This document shows, piece by piece, positions 28,374 to 37,460 of a stretch of DNA of 64,000 nt. This DNA is from an uncultured Rikenellaceae bacterium. Its GTDB lineage: Bacteria; Bacteroidota; Bacteroidia; Bacteroidales; VadinHA17. The notes beneath the pieces were generated by a model, which was not told the origin of the DNA, made no database searches, and was given only the letters and a program-made list of their open reading frames with translations. Numbering within the stretch: position 1 is the first letter of the stretch; every line of letters begins with the position of its first letter. The position numbers and the translations under genes were made by a program. The DNA is taken from positions 35 to 64,034 of the forward strand of contig CAZBQM010000004.1 in NCBI GenBank assembly GCA_964494045.1, written 5' to 3'.

Positions 28374-30299
28374 CTATTCCAACGGATCAATCCTGGCTGC
28401 GAAACCACCACGGCGCAAAAGCCTGACATTCACCGTGCTTGATCTATCCACGACCATGTATTGAACGTTAAAATCCTGATCATGCTTTCCGTCTGACAGA
28501 AGCGTAAGCTTGTATTTCAGGCCTTCCTGCAAAAAAGGAAAGCTGATGGTTTTGTTCCTTTCAAATCTTTCAGAACTTAAACCTCCCAGGTACCACGATT
28601 CACCTTTCCTCCGGGCAATGGTAATATTACGGCCTGGATAGCCGTCAACAAATCTGGTATCGTCCCATGCATTCGGAACTTCTTTCAGGAAGGTCCTTGC
28701 GGTAAAAGGTAATCCGTAATAACCAGAAGGCCGGTCAGCCATATGCTGCAGTCCCGATTCAAAAACGACACTTAATGCCAGTTCGTGACCGTACGAAGTG
28801 GTATGCGGGTATTGCGAGTTCGTAAAGGTAACCGGCGTATAATCCATCGAACCTACCACATTCCGTGTGAACGGCAGTATGGTGTTATGCTCCGGGGCCG
28901 TCGTGGTCAGATCAGGCCCGTTATTGTACCACTCGGCTCCGCGGACGCCCTCATACGTCATCAGGTTCGGATAGGTACGGGACCAGCCCCTGGGGACAAT
29001 GCAACCATGGAAATATACCATCATCCCAAAATCGGCAGCATCATCGAGAATGTCGAGATAATACCTGATCATATTCTGTTTCTCACTCTCGAAGAAATCT
29101 ATTTTAACACCAACGACTCCAAGTTCTTTTAGTTTTGTGAATTCCTCAACACGGTTTTCATGGGTAAGCATGCGGTCGCGGGGAGTTGAAGGCACTCCGG
29201 TGTGCGGGCCTCCCGAGTTGTACCACATCAGAGGCTTTACTCCAATTGATTGTATGTATTTCAGTGCATCATTCAGGTTCCCTCCGTTAGCCATTCCATC
29301 CCATTCCCAGTCGAGAAGTGTGTATGGCCAGTTCATGCTTGCAGCCAGGTCGGCAAAATCACAGACAATCCTGAAATCTTTCGTTCCGTGGTTACTCGAC
29401 CAGTAATTCCACGACACAAGACCTGGTTTAATCCAGTCAGTATTTTTCAGCACTGAAGGAGTGGAAACATCATCAACGAGGGTCGATTCGACGATATCAG
29501 AAAGGCTGCCCATAACAATTACCCTCCATGGTGACTTCCAGGGCAGGCTGATTTCGGGCTGCGACTCTCCGAGTCCGTTACCATCTTTCTGATCGGGGAA
29601 TGTGATCTTGTACTGTGATTTTTCTTCCAGGTTGCTGAGTTTTGAACCACAATAGTTCCTGTCGACATCTGCTTCGTGAATAAGATACCAACAACCATCA
29701 TCGGCTGTATTGAAGAGGGCCGGATAACACCAGCTCTGTTGAACATTATCATCACTCATCGCGCTGTAAAGGCCCTCATTGGCCGGATTCCATTTCTCCA
29801 GCCATCGTTTTGCGGCCGGGGGAATGGTATATGAGGTGAACTCGTCCCTGACAATAAATGAACCTTCCTTATCAGGAAATTCATAGCGGAAAGCAACACC
29901 ATCGTTATAAGCCCTTACTATTATGTTCATCTTCGCCTTACCCTGATTCTCAAAATACAGTACCTTTTCAGTAGCCGAATTGCTGCACTGTGATTTTTTA
30001 CCATGAATGGCTGAATAATTCTCTTCGATAAGCACATCTTTCCCTGCCTTGATGAATTCAAGATCCTTCAGAAAATCCTGATCGCTCCGTGACAATCCCA
30101 GTGTGATCCGGGGTATTGCCTCACTTATCTGACCATTGTTTATATAGCTTAATTTCAGAAACCATCCGGTGTTACCGGCATTTTGTTCACTAAACAATTC
30201 AACATCTATTTTCCGGTTGGGAGAAACGATATTGATTTTCTGAGGCATTGCTGCTATTACAGTCAACGACAGGATCACTGTCATCAGAGCTCTTTTCAT
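28374..30299 (-). CDS. glycoside hydrolase family 97 (SusB-like alpha-glucosidase/alpha-galactosidase)
   Basis: Signal peptide. Catalytic-region pattern GVKIDFFESEKQ...MVYFHGC..PRGWSRTYPNLMTYEGVRGAE resembles SusB. ATG at 30299 preferred over the TTG at 30314. Confidence 0.85.
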   Translation of the reverse strand: MKRALMTVILSLTVIAAMPQKINIVSPNRKIDVELFSEQNAGNTGWFLKLSYINNGQISEAIPRITLGLSRSDQDFLKDLEFIKAGKDVLIEENYSAIHGKKSQCSNSATEKVLYFENQGKAKMNIIVRAYNDGVAFRYEFPDKEGSFIVRDEFTSYTIPPAAKRWLEKWNPANEGLYSAMSDDNVQQSWCYPALFNTADDGCWYLIHEADVDRNYCGSKLSNLEEKSQYKITFPDQKDGNGLGESQPEISLPWKSPWRVIVMGSLSDIVESTLVDDVSTPSVLKNTDWIKPGLVSWNYWSSNHGTKDFRIVCDFADLAASMNWPYTLLDWEWDGMANGGNLNDALKYIQSIGVKPLMWYNSGGPHTGVPSTPRDRMLTHENRVEEFTKLKELGVVGVKIDFFESEKQNMIRYYLDILDDAADFGMMVYFHGCIVPRGWSRTYPNLMTYEGVRGAEWYNNGPDLTTTAPEHNTILPFTRNVVGSMDYTPVTFTNSQYPHTTSYGHELALSVVFESGLQHMADRPSGYYGLPFTARTFLKEVPNAWDDTRFVDGYPGRNITIARRKGESWYLGGLSSERFERNKTISFPFLQEGLKYKLTLLSDGKHDQDFNVQYMVVDRSSTVNVRLLRRGGFAARIDPLE

Positions 30300-30416
30300 A
30301 AGTCTGAATGTCAAGGAATGAATAATTGCGTATTTCCCCCGGAAAGTGGTTCAGCTAAGCAACTTATCAGACATCATCTGAAAAGTTGTAACTGAACCTT
30401 CCCCTTATAGAAATAT

Positions 30417-31577
30417 CTATTTAAAAATCTTTTGTGCAAAATCATGTAGTGACTTTCTCCAGACCTGCCATTCATGGCCACCCGGGAATGAAGAAAAGCC
30501 TACATTCAGACCTTTATCCCTGAATGTCGCTACCATTTTCTTAGTGGGCTCAATTCTGGGATCCTGTTCCCCTACAGATATATAGAACAACTTAAGTTTT
30601 TTATTAAACGAAGCGGAATTTGTCAGGATACCGGGTATGGTTGATTCGGCATCAAAGGAAGCACTGCCTGCTCCGGGACGTGCTATGCCTCCGAAAAGAC
30701 CGGTGCTGAATACACCGACACTTCCGAAAATATCAGGATTCCTCAGACCTGTATAAAAAGCCTGGCCTCCGCCCATGGATAATCCCGAAATGGCCCTGTT
30801 TTCAGAACCGGGTTTCACCCTGTAGTTCTTTTCGATGAAGGGTATTATATTTTCAATCATCTCTTCACCAAAAGCAGCCATTGCCTCATCGTTATAGCCT
30901 CCGGCTGCCATTCCCGGCTTTGATACGTTGCCATTGGGAATTACAACAAGCATCGGCTTTGCCTTACCTTCGGCAATCAGGTTGTCGAGTATGATATCTG
31001 TTTTCCCCTGGACAGTCCAGCCACGCTCATCTTCACCCCCGCCATGCATGATATAAAGAACCGGGTATTGCTCTGTGCCCGAATTATCGTAACCGGGGGG
31101 TGTATAAATATACAGGCTTCTCCAGGTACCTGTTGTCTTTGAGAAATAGTTCTTATGCCTTAAGTCTCCATGGGGTACATCCTTTATTGTATAGAAATCA
31201 ACCCCTGGTTCGGGGATGTCAATTGCACTCGACATCCTGCCTGTTCCGTAAAAGGTTTCGCTTGCAGGATCGGAGACTCTCATCCCGTCAATAACCAGTG
31301 AATAGTAGTGAAAACCCGGTTCCAGGGGATCGGTTGTGACTACCCAGGTACCTTTCTCATCCTTCTGCCCGTCGTACAGTTTGCCCACTTCTATCTGGAT
31401 CTTTGAGGCCTGGGGTGCGTTGACATGAAAGACAACTTTCCCGTCGGGCAGTATCCTCGGATAACCACCGGCAGCTATGTTGGTCGGAGCCGGAATGCCC
31501 TGTAAGTCTACCTGGGCGTTCATCATTCCTGCTCCTGCAAGGAGAAGGAATAAAATACAGAAATATTTTCTAATCAT
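30417..31577 (-). CDS. secreted esterase (CE1 / enterochelin-esterase-like alpha/beta hydrolase with N-terminal Ig-like domain)
   Basis: Signal peptide, YPVLYIMHGGGEDERGW, and nucleophile elbow GLSMGG. ATG at 31577 preferred over the TTG at 31583. Confidence 0.82.
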   Translation of the reverse strand: MIRKYFCILFLLLAGAGMMNAQVDLQGIPAPTNIAAGGYPRILPDGKVVFHVNAPQASKIQIEVGKLYDGQKDEKGTWVVTTDPLEPGFHYYSLVIDGMRVSDPASETFYGTGRMSSAIDIPEPGVDFYTIKDVPHGDLRHKNYFSKTTGTWRSLYIYTPPGYDNSGTEQYPVLYIMHGGGEDERGWTVQGKTDIILDNLIAEGKAKPMLVVIPNGNVSKPGMAAGGYNDEAMAAFGEEMIENIIPFIEKNYRVKPGSENRAISGLSMGGGQAFYTGLRNPDIFGSVGVFSTGLFGGIARPGAGSASFDAESTIPGILTNSASFNKKLKLFYISVGEQDPRIEPTKKMVATFRDKGLNVGFSSFPGGHEWQVWRKSLHDFAQKIFK

Positions 31578-31663
31578 AAACAATCTTTAATTCTTCTGCC
31601 CATGCCTGCCCTTGAACCAGAATGCGGATCAGGGCAGGCGGACAGGGTTAATAATCTAAGCTA

Positions 31664-32860
31664 TTATTTGAATAATAGTTGTGCGAACTGGTAAAGTGAC
31701 CTTCTCCAGGTCTGGAATTCATGTGCTGTAAGTGGTGAGACATAGGAAACACCCTTTATTCCTGCCTGGTTCAATGCGTCAGCAGCAGCTTTTACTCCTT
31801 CTGAACCGCGTTCCCTGCTTCCATAGCTCATAAACACGAGATTAACCTTTGACTTGTCAGTAATCTCTGAGGGGCTGATTGTGCCGCCACTGAAAAGTCC
31901 GATATATCCGAAAGTATCGAGATGAGCAAGGGTTACCGACTTGGTACACATGGCGCCCATTGAAAGTCCCGACATTGCACGGTTCTTCTGGTCTGTAAGG
32001 GTACGGAAGTTTTTCTCAATATAAGGAATCATATCGTTGATCATAACCTCGGCATAAGTGTCAAAAGAAAATCCACGACGCTGGGGTGCCGGTGCAGCCT
32101 GACCAGCGGGTGCAGGCTGTGCGGGTGCGGGAGCTGCAGCAGGGCGTGGCTGTGGAGCAGCTTCACCTGGTTTGTATGCAGCACTGGTTTCCATCACAAC
32201 GATAAATGGTTTGCATTTGCCTTCAGCAAGCAGGTTGTCAAGAATAAGGTTTGTCCGTCCCATCTCAGTCCATACCCTCTGATCTTCGCCACCTCCATGC
32301 TGGAGATAAAGTACTGGATAACGGGCCGAGGTGTTTTTCTCATATTCAGGAGGAGTATAGACGTAAATCATACGCCATGAATTGGTGGTTTTTGAGAAAT
32401 AATTCCTGATAATCACATTCCCGTGAGGTACATCTTTCAGATCATAAAATCCGCCTTCAGGATCAGAAATCTCAAAGGCATTGCACAAACGGCTATAGCC
32501 GATGAAACCATCTGTAGCAGGATCAAGTACAATTGCACCGTCAACAACCATCCAGTAATTATGATAACCCAGATCCTGGGGTTCACTGGTGTAGGTCCAT
32601 ACACCGTCGGCACCCTTGACCATATCATAAGGAACGTTTGCTATAGCAACCTGTACCTTCTGGGCATCCGGGGCAGTAAAACGGAAGGTTACACGTGAAT
32701 CGGGCTCAATGCGGGGAAACTGGGCTCCGTAAAGATTGTACGGTGAAGGATGTGCCGTACCGGCAGCCTTTGAAGTTACCATCGGTTGACCTGTCTGGGC
32801 CTGGCAGACTGCACTGACTGACATTACAATCAGTAGCATGAATTTAAAAACTTTTACCAT
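31664..32860 (-). CDS. secreted esterase paralog with a Pro/Ala-rich insertion
   Basis: 398 aa. Same architecture as 30417-31577 (YPVLYLQHGGGEDQRVW, GLSMGA) plus a roughly 30-aa insertion, EAAPQPRPAAAPAPAQPAPAGQAAPAPQRR. Confidence 0.82.
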   Translation of the reverse strand: MVKVFKFMLLIVMSVSAVCQAQTGQPMVTSKAAGTAHPSPYNLYGAQFPRIEPDSRVTFRFTAPDAQKVQVAIANVPYDMVKGADGVWTYTSEPQDLGYHNYWMVVDGAIVLDPATDGFIGYSRLCNAFEISDPEGGFYDLKDVPHGNVIIRNYFSKTTNSWRMIYVYTPPEYEKNTSARYPVLYLQHGGGEDQRVWTEMGRTNLILDNLLAEGKCKPFIVVMETSAAYKPGEAAPQPRPAAAPAPAQPAPAGQAAPAPQRRGFSFDTYAEVMINDMIPYIEKNFRTLTDQKNRAMSGLSMGAMCTKSVTLAHLDTFGYIGLFSGGTISPSEITDKSKVNLVFMSYGSRERGSEGVKAAADALNQAGIKGVSYVSPLTAHEFQTWRRSLYQFAQLLFK

Positions 32861-32959
32861 TTTAAAATGTATTAAATTTATTGATCAAAAAGAAAATTTG
32901 TACTCGTCAGTATTGAGTTCAGTTAAAAAGCATTGGCATAAAAACCGAACTGCATCCTG

Positions 32960-34231
32960 CTATTTTCCCCACCATTTCTCTCCTTCAACCAGATTCTTAA
33001 CTGCCACTTCCTTGTTGAGATCAAGTCCCAGCCCCGGTTTATCAGAAAGCTGGATATAACCATCCTGAATTATCTCCCTGTCATACTCAATAAGCGTTTC
33101 CCATCCGGCATGACCGTCACGCGAAGTGGTCTTGTAATCATAACTCTCGTGTCCGATAAAATCAAACATGGTTGCTGCACAGTTAGCTGATGCTATAGTG
33201 GCAACGGGTCCCATAACATTGTGTGTTGCCACCGGCATATAATAAGCATTTGCCAGGTCGGCTATCTTTTTTGCCTCAAGCAGTCCACCTGCCATCGAGA
33301 TGTCAATTTCGACCATATGAACGGCCTGTTTTGTTATAAAAGGCAGAAAATCATGAAGTGTGTAGAGGTTCTCTCCACACAGGATGGGAATCGGAGAGGC
33401 CGCTGTCAGCTTGGCCCAGGTATCGACATATTCAATAGGCATCGGATCTTCGATCCACCATGGCCTCATCGGCTCAAGGGCTTTTGCAAAGCTGAGGGCA
33501 TCCCAGAAAGCAAACTCCCAGTGGCAGTGTACTATTATCTCAAAATCATCGCCGGCGGCTTCCCTCATGTTGGTAAATCCGGCAACGTTATTCTTCAACT
33601 CGGCATGCGACAGACGACGGTTGAGCTCAGCTCCGGGACGACGTGACATCCTGAAGGGTTTTACTGCTGTCCATTTCTGAACTGAATTGTTGACATAATC
33701 CATCCATTCGCTGCATACTGCCTTATCAAGCATGTTCCTGGGCTGACTGGTCAGATACGCCCTTACCTTATCAGTGTGACATCCTCCGCCAAGTATCTTG
33801 CGCACAGGCATTCCCAGCAGTTTACCCACAAGGTCCCAGAGAGCTACCTCACATCCTGTGACGGCATGTATACCTATACCTCCGTTACCCCCCAGGTACG
33901 AAACACGGAACTTCATCTGCTCCGTCAGTCTTGCTATGTCAAAAGGGTCCTGATTTACAAGTATCTGTTTGAAAGCATTTTCAACCACATCCTTGGCTCC
34001 AAGTCCTGTTACATCATGATGACATTCCCCGATACCGTAAACCCCGGAATCAGTATCAATCCTTACCAGAGGGAGAACATGTCCCCTGCCTCCCATCTGA
34101 ACCCTCATACATTTTACATCGGTAATTTTCACTTTGCCAGCTTCCGTCTCCGCAAAATGGCCAAGCCCCGGTACAACAGTAGCTGCCGGTACCGTAGCAG
34201 CCATCGTCTTTAAGAAATTGCTCCGTTTCAT
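32960..34231 (-). CDS. enolase-superfamily (mandelate racemase/muconate lactonizing enzyme-like) protein with Tat-like signal
   Basis: 423 aa. N-terminal MKRSNFLKTMAATVPAATVV resembles a Tat leader. The capping-domain plus barrel pattern is typical of MR/MLE dehydratases. Substrate unknown. Confidence 0.75.
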   Translation of the reverse strand: MKRSNFLKTMAATVPAATVVPGLGHFAETEAGKVKITDVKCMRVQMGGRGHVLPLVRIDTDSGVYGIGECHHDVTGLGAKDVVENAFKQILVNQDPFDIARLTEQMKFRVSYLGGNGGIGIHAVTGCEVALWDLVGKLLGMPVRKILGGGCHTDKVRAYLTSQPRNMLDKAVCSEWMDYVNNSVQKWTAVKPFRMSRRPGAELNRRLSHAELKNNVAGFTNMREAAGDDFEIIVHCHWEFAFWDALSFAKALEPMRPWWIEDPMPIEYVDTWAKLTAASPIPILCGENLYTLHDFLPFITKQAVHMVEIDISMAGGLLEAKKIADLANAYYMPVATHNVMGPVATIASANCAATMFDFIGHESYDYKTTSRDGHAGWETLIEYDREIIQDGYIQLSDKPGLGLDLNKEVAVKNLVEGEKWWGK

Positions 34232-34414
34232 ATTATAAGCATTATATTCTGTGTATTTTTAAATAAGTGTAAATAACACATTAAATTTAATTAATGCTTC
34301 GGAACAACGGAGATTTAAAGAAGTTTTTTTTAGGGATTATACATTTTTAACACCTGCCACCTCGCTATCAGGATAATTTGAAGTCAGATCAACGCTCCCG
34401 GGCAATCCTTGCCA

Positions 34415-37400
34415 TTAAGATCTCTTCCTGTATATATACCAGTATGCCAGCGGAATAAAGAAAAGACTCACTAAGGTACCAAGCGACATACCACCCATCA
34501 GGGCCAGAGCCATGGGACGTTGAAGCTCCGAACCCATACCCTGGCTGAAAAGCATGGGAGCCGTCGAAAACAGGGAGGCCATTGCCACCATGATGATCGG
34601 TTTGAACCTTCGCGATCCACCTGTATAGATAGCCTCCACCAGACCCATCCCTTCTGCCCTCAGGTTATTAATGGTATCAACCTTAAGTATAGAGTCGTTT
34701 ATTATGACACCCGACATGACAATCAGACCTATCATGGTTATTATATTGATTGTCCCGCCCCAGAGTTTAACCAACAACAGTGCTCCGGCTATATCGATGG
34801 GTATCTCAAGCAAAACGATCAGCGGCTGCGTAAGTGATTCAAACTGGGCGGCAAGGATAAAATAAAGCAACAGGAGAGCAACCACCAGTATAACTGAGAG
34901 TTCCCTGAAGAGTTGCTGTCCTGTGATGAGAGTTCCGCTGAAATTGACTGTCAGTGACTGATCGGCTGTGATAATATTCCGTATTTCGGTTGTGACCTGC
35001 TCAGGCCTGTTTGTTGTGATATTCATATTAACCGGCACATACTCACCGTTCATCCCTCCCATTATGGCTTTATAGTCATGCTCACGCTTTATACTTACTA
35101 TCTCCCTGACGGGAATGAACTGTCCCATTGTGTTCAGTACCGATCCGGTCGAGATGATCTCTGAAATCTGTTTCTCCCTGTCCGAAAGAACTATCGGGAG
35201 AAGTTCATCCGACGACCTCAGCTCTCCTATATTGTATTGATTAAGAGATGACTTCAGGGTATTGTAAAGAGTAACAGGCGCTACATCATAGAGCAACAGC
35301 TTCCCGGGATCTATCTTCAGATGTATCTTGTCTTCAAGCTGAGGCATCGAGATCCCGGCATCGGGCCACCTCTTTCTTAATTCTTCAGTTATCCCGGTCA
35401 TCCGGTCGACGGGCGGTACTTCTTTTTCCTTCATCAGGCTTACCTCAGCAACAAGCTGCACGGCTGAAGCATCGAAGATCTTTTCAAAGATGTTCTGCTG
35501 TGCTCCTACATCTATCAGGGCTCCGGGATACTTATTACCTATGAAACTGTAGCAATTGGTTCTTATAGCGTCAGCCTCGTCATAGCCCGCCGCCTTGATA
35601 TATACCTTAGCCTGGGTGAACGACTGGTCATAATCACGGTTGAAGAGGAATTGCTGCTCCCCGATGAAAGAGTTGGTCTGAAGAAGAAGATCCCTGTTGA
35701 TTGCCGTCATCTCCCTGATCCTGTTAAGGTTTTCATCAAGGGTTATATTCTCGTTCCAGTCGACCGATATGACAAGCTCATCTTTTTTTACTTCAGGGAA
35801 CCTCTCCTTTTCCATAACCATAAACAGCCATCCCATGCAGAGTAGTATCAGTCCGAAAGTTACCATCGTCATGGTTCTGTATCTGAAAAAGAAATTCATC
35901 CCTTTCTCATACCTGTTTTCAAGGTTCCTGAAGCTCACTTTTTTTACCAGTACAGTAAGAAGACCCTCTTTCCCGTTTTTGTAAAGCAGATAGTACATTG
36001 TAGGCAAAAGAGTTATACCGACAAGCAGCGACACCCCCTGCCCTATTACTATTGCAATTGCCTGGTCGTAAAAGATCGCTCCTGAAATTCCACTGAGGAA
36101 GATAAGGGGGATGAACACTGCACAGGTCACAAGAACACTGGAGATAAGAGGAGTAATGATCTCATTTGTACCTTTTACGCACGCATCGGGAAGCGACAGA
36201 CCCTTCGCTGTCCATTGTGTTATGTTTTCAATCACAACAATCGAGTTGTCAATCATCATACCAATACCAAGAATCAGTCCGGCAAGTGATATAATATTCA
36301 CCGACAGCCCAATGAGATAAAAGAACAGAAGGCTTATCACAAGAGTGGCAGGGATGCTGAAACCAATGATTAAAGGTGATTTCCCATCCTTTAAAAAGAA
36401 GAACATAAGCATGAAGGCGAGCAGTCCGCCCGCCAGAAGGTTCCCTTTCAGGTTTGAGATCGAATAATCGAGCAACCTCGTCTGGTCCTGCGAGATCTCA
36501 AATTCCATCCGGGGATATTCCTCCCTGAATACGGAGATCATCTCGGCCATCTTTTCTTTAAGGTCCGACATCTTAGCCGACGATTCCTTGATGATAGCCA
36601 GGGATATTGCCCTGTCTCCGTTCGAGTAATAGGCTCCCCTCAGTCTTTCCTGTCTTATTCCGACCCCGGCAATGTCCTTCATCTGTACTATCCGGTCGCC
36701 TTTCCTTATATATATATTCTTCACATCCTCGACTTCCTTCAGGTAGGAACTGAACTCAAGGTTGTACAGATACTTACCGTCCTTTACAAGGATACTTCCG
36801 ATATTAATGTTGTTAAGCCTTACGGCCGACTCCAGATCATCGTCTGTAAGACCCAGGCTGACCATCTTGTCTTCGTCGGGAGTGATATAAATCTCTCTTC
36901 TGACCTGTCCCGTGATATCAGCCATCCCTATCTCAGGCAGCTGTTCTATTCTTTTCTTGATCACTGTCTCGGCAAATTCGCTCAGCTCTATAAAGCCTTC
37001 CTCCCCGGCATCCTTGTCGGCCAGACTTATGTTGAGCATGAAAACAGGAATATCTGTGGCACTTGCCTTTATTATCCTGGGACGTTCCAGATCGCCCGGA
37101 AGGTTATTCATTGACCCGTCAATTTTTTCGTTAACTTCCATAAAGGCAAGGTCAATATCGTTTCCGAATTTGAAGATCAGCCTGAGAAGAGCGCTTCCGT
37201 TCCTTGATTCCGATTCGATCCTGTCGATACCCTGGACCTGCAGAAGGTTCCTCCTGATAACGCTTACCACGGTGTTCTCTATTTCCCTGGCGCTTACATC
37301 AGGCCGGGTTACTGCCACCGTGATCTCAGGTATATCAATGTCGGGCATAAGTGATACCGGCAGCCTCCCTGAGGCCACTATTCCCAGCAGCAATAAGGCC

Positions 37401-37450
37401 AGAAAGGTCATAATCACTGCCACGGGTCTTTTTATCAGAAAACGAACCAT
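34415..37450 (-). CDS. RND efflux permease (AcrB/AcrD/AcrF family), second of a tandem pair
   Basis: 1011 aa. N-terminus MVRFLIKRPVAVIMTFLALLLLG, two large periplasmic loops and a 12-TM layout. Confidence 0.9.
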   Translation of the reverse strand: MVRFLIKRPVAVIMTFLALLLLGIVASGRLPVSLMPDIDIPEITVAVTRPDVSAREIENTVVSVIRRNLLQVQGIDRIESESRNGSALLRLIFKFGNDIDLAFMEVNEKIDGSMNNLPGDLERPRIIKASATDIPVFMLNISLADKDAGEEGFIELSEFAETVIKKRIEQLPEIGMADITGQVRREIYITPDEDKMVSLGLTDDDLESAVRLNNINIGSILVKDGKYLYNLEFSSYLKEVEDVKNIYIRKGDRIVQMKDIAGVGIRQERLRGAYYSNGDRAISLAIIKESSAKMSDLKEKMAEMISVFREEYPRMEFEISQDQTRLLDYSISNLKGNLLAGGLLAFMLMFFFLKDGKSPLIIGFSIPATLVISLLFFYLIGLSVNIISLAGLILGIGMMIDNSIVVIENITQWTAKGLSLPDACVKGTNEIITPLISSVLVTCAVFIPLIFLSGISGAIFYDQAIAIVIGQGVSLLVGITLLPTMYYLLYKNGKEGLLTVLVKKVSFRNLENRYEKGMNFFFRYRTMTMVTFGLILLCMGWLFMVMEKERFPEVKKDELVISVDWNENITLDENLNRIREMTAINRDLLLQTNSFIGEQQFLFNRDYDQSFTQAKVYIKAAGYDEADAIRTNCYSFIGNKYPGALIDVGAQQNIFEKIFDASAVQLVAEVSLMKEKEVPPVDRMTGITEELRKRWPDAGISMPQLEDKIHLKIDPGKLLLYDVAPVTLYNTLKSSLNQYNIGELRSSDELLPIVLSDREKQISEIISTGSVLNTMGQFIPVREIVSIKREHDYKAIMGGMNGEYVPVNMNITTNRPEQVTTEIRNIITADQSLTVNFSGTLITGQQLFRELSVILVVALLLLYFILAAQFESLTQPLIVLLEIPIDIAGALLLVKLWGGTINIITMIGLIVMSGVIINDSILKVDTINNLRAEGMGLVEAIYTGGSRRFKPIIMVAMASLFSTAPMLFSQGMGSELQRPMALALMGGMSLGTLVSLFFIPLAYWYIYRKRS

Positions 37451-37460
37451 CTCTTTTGTA

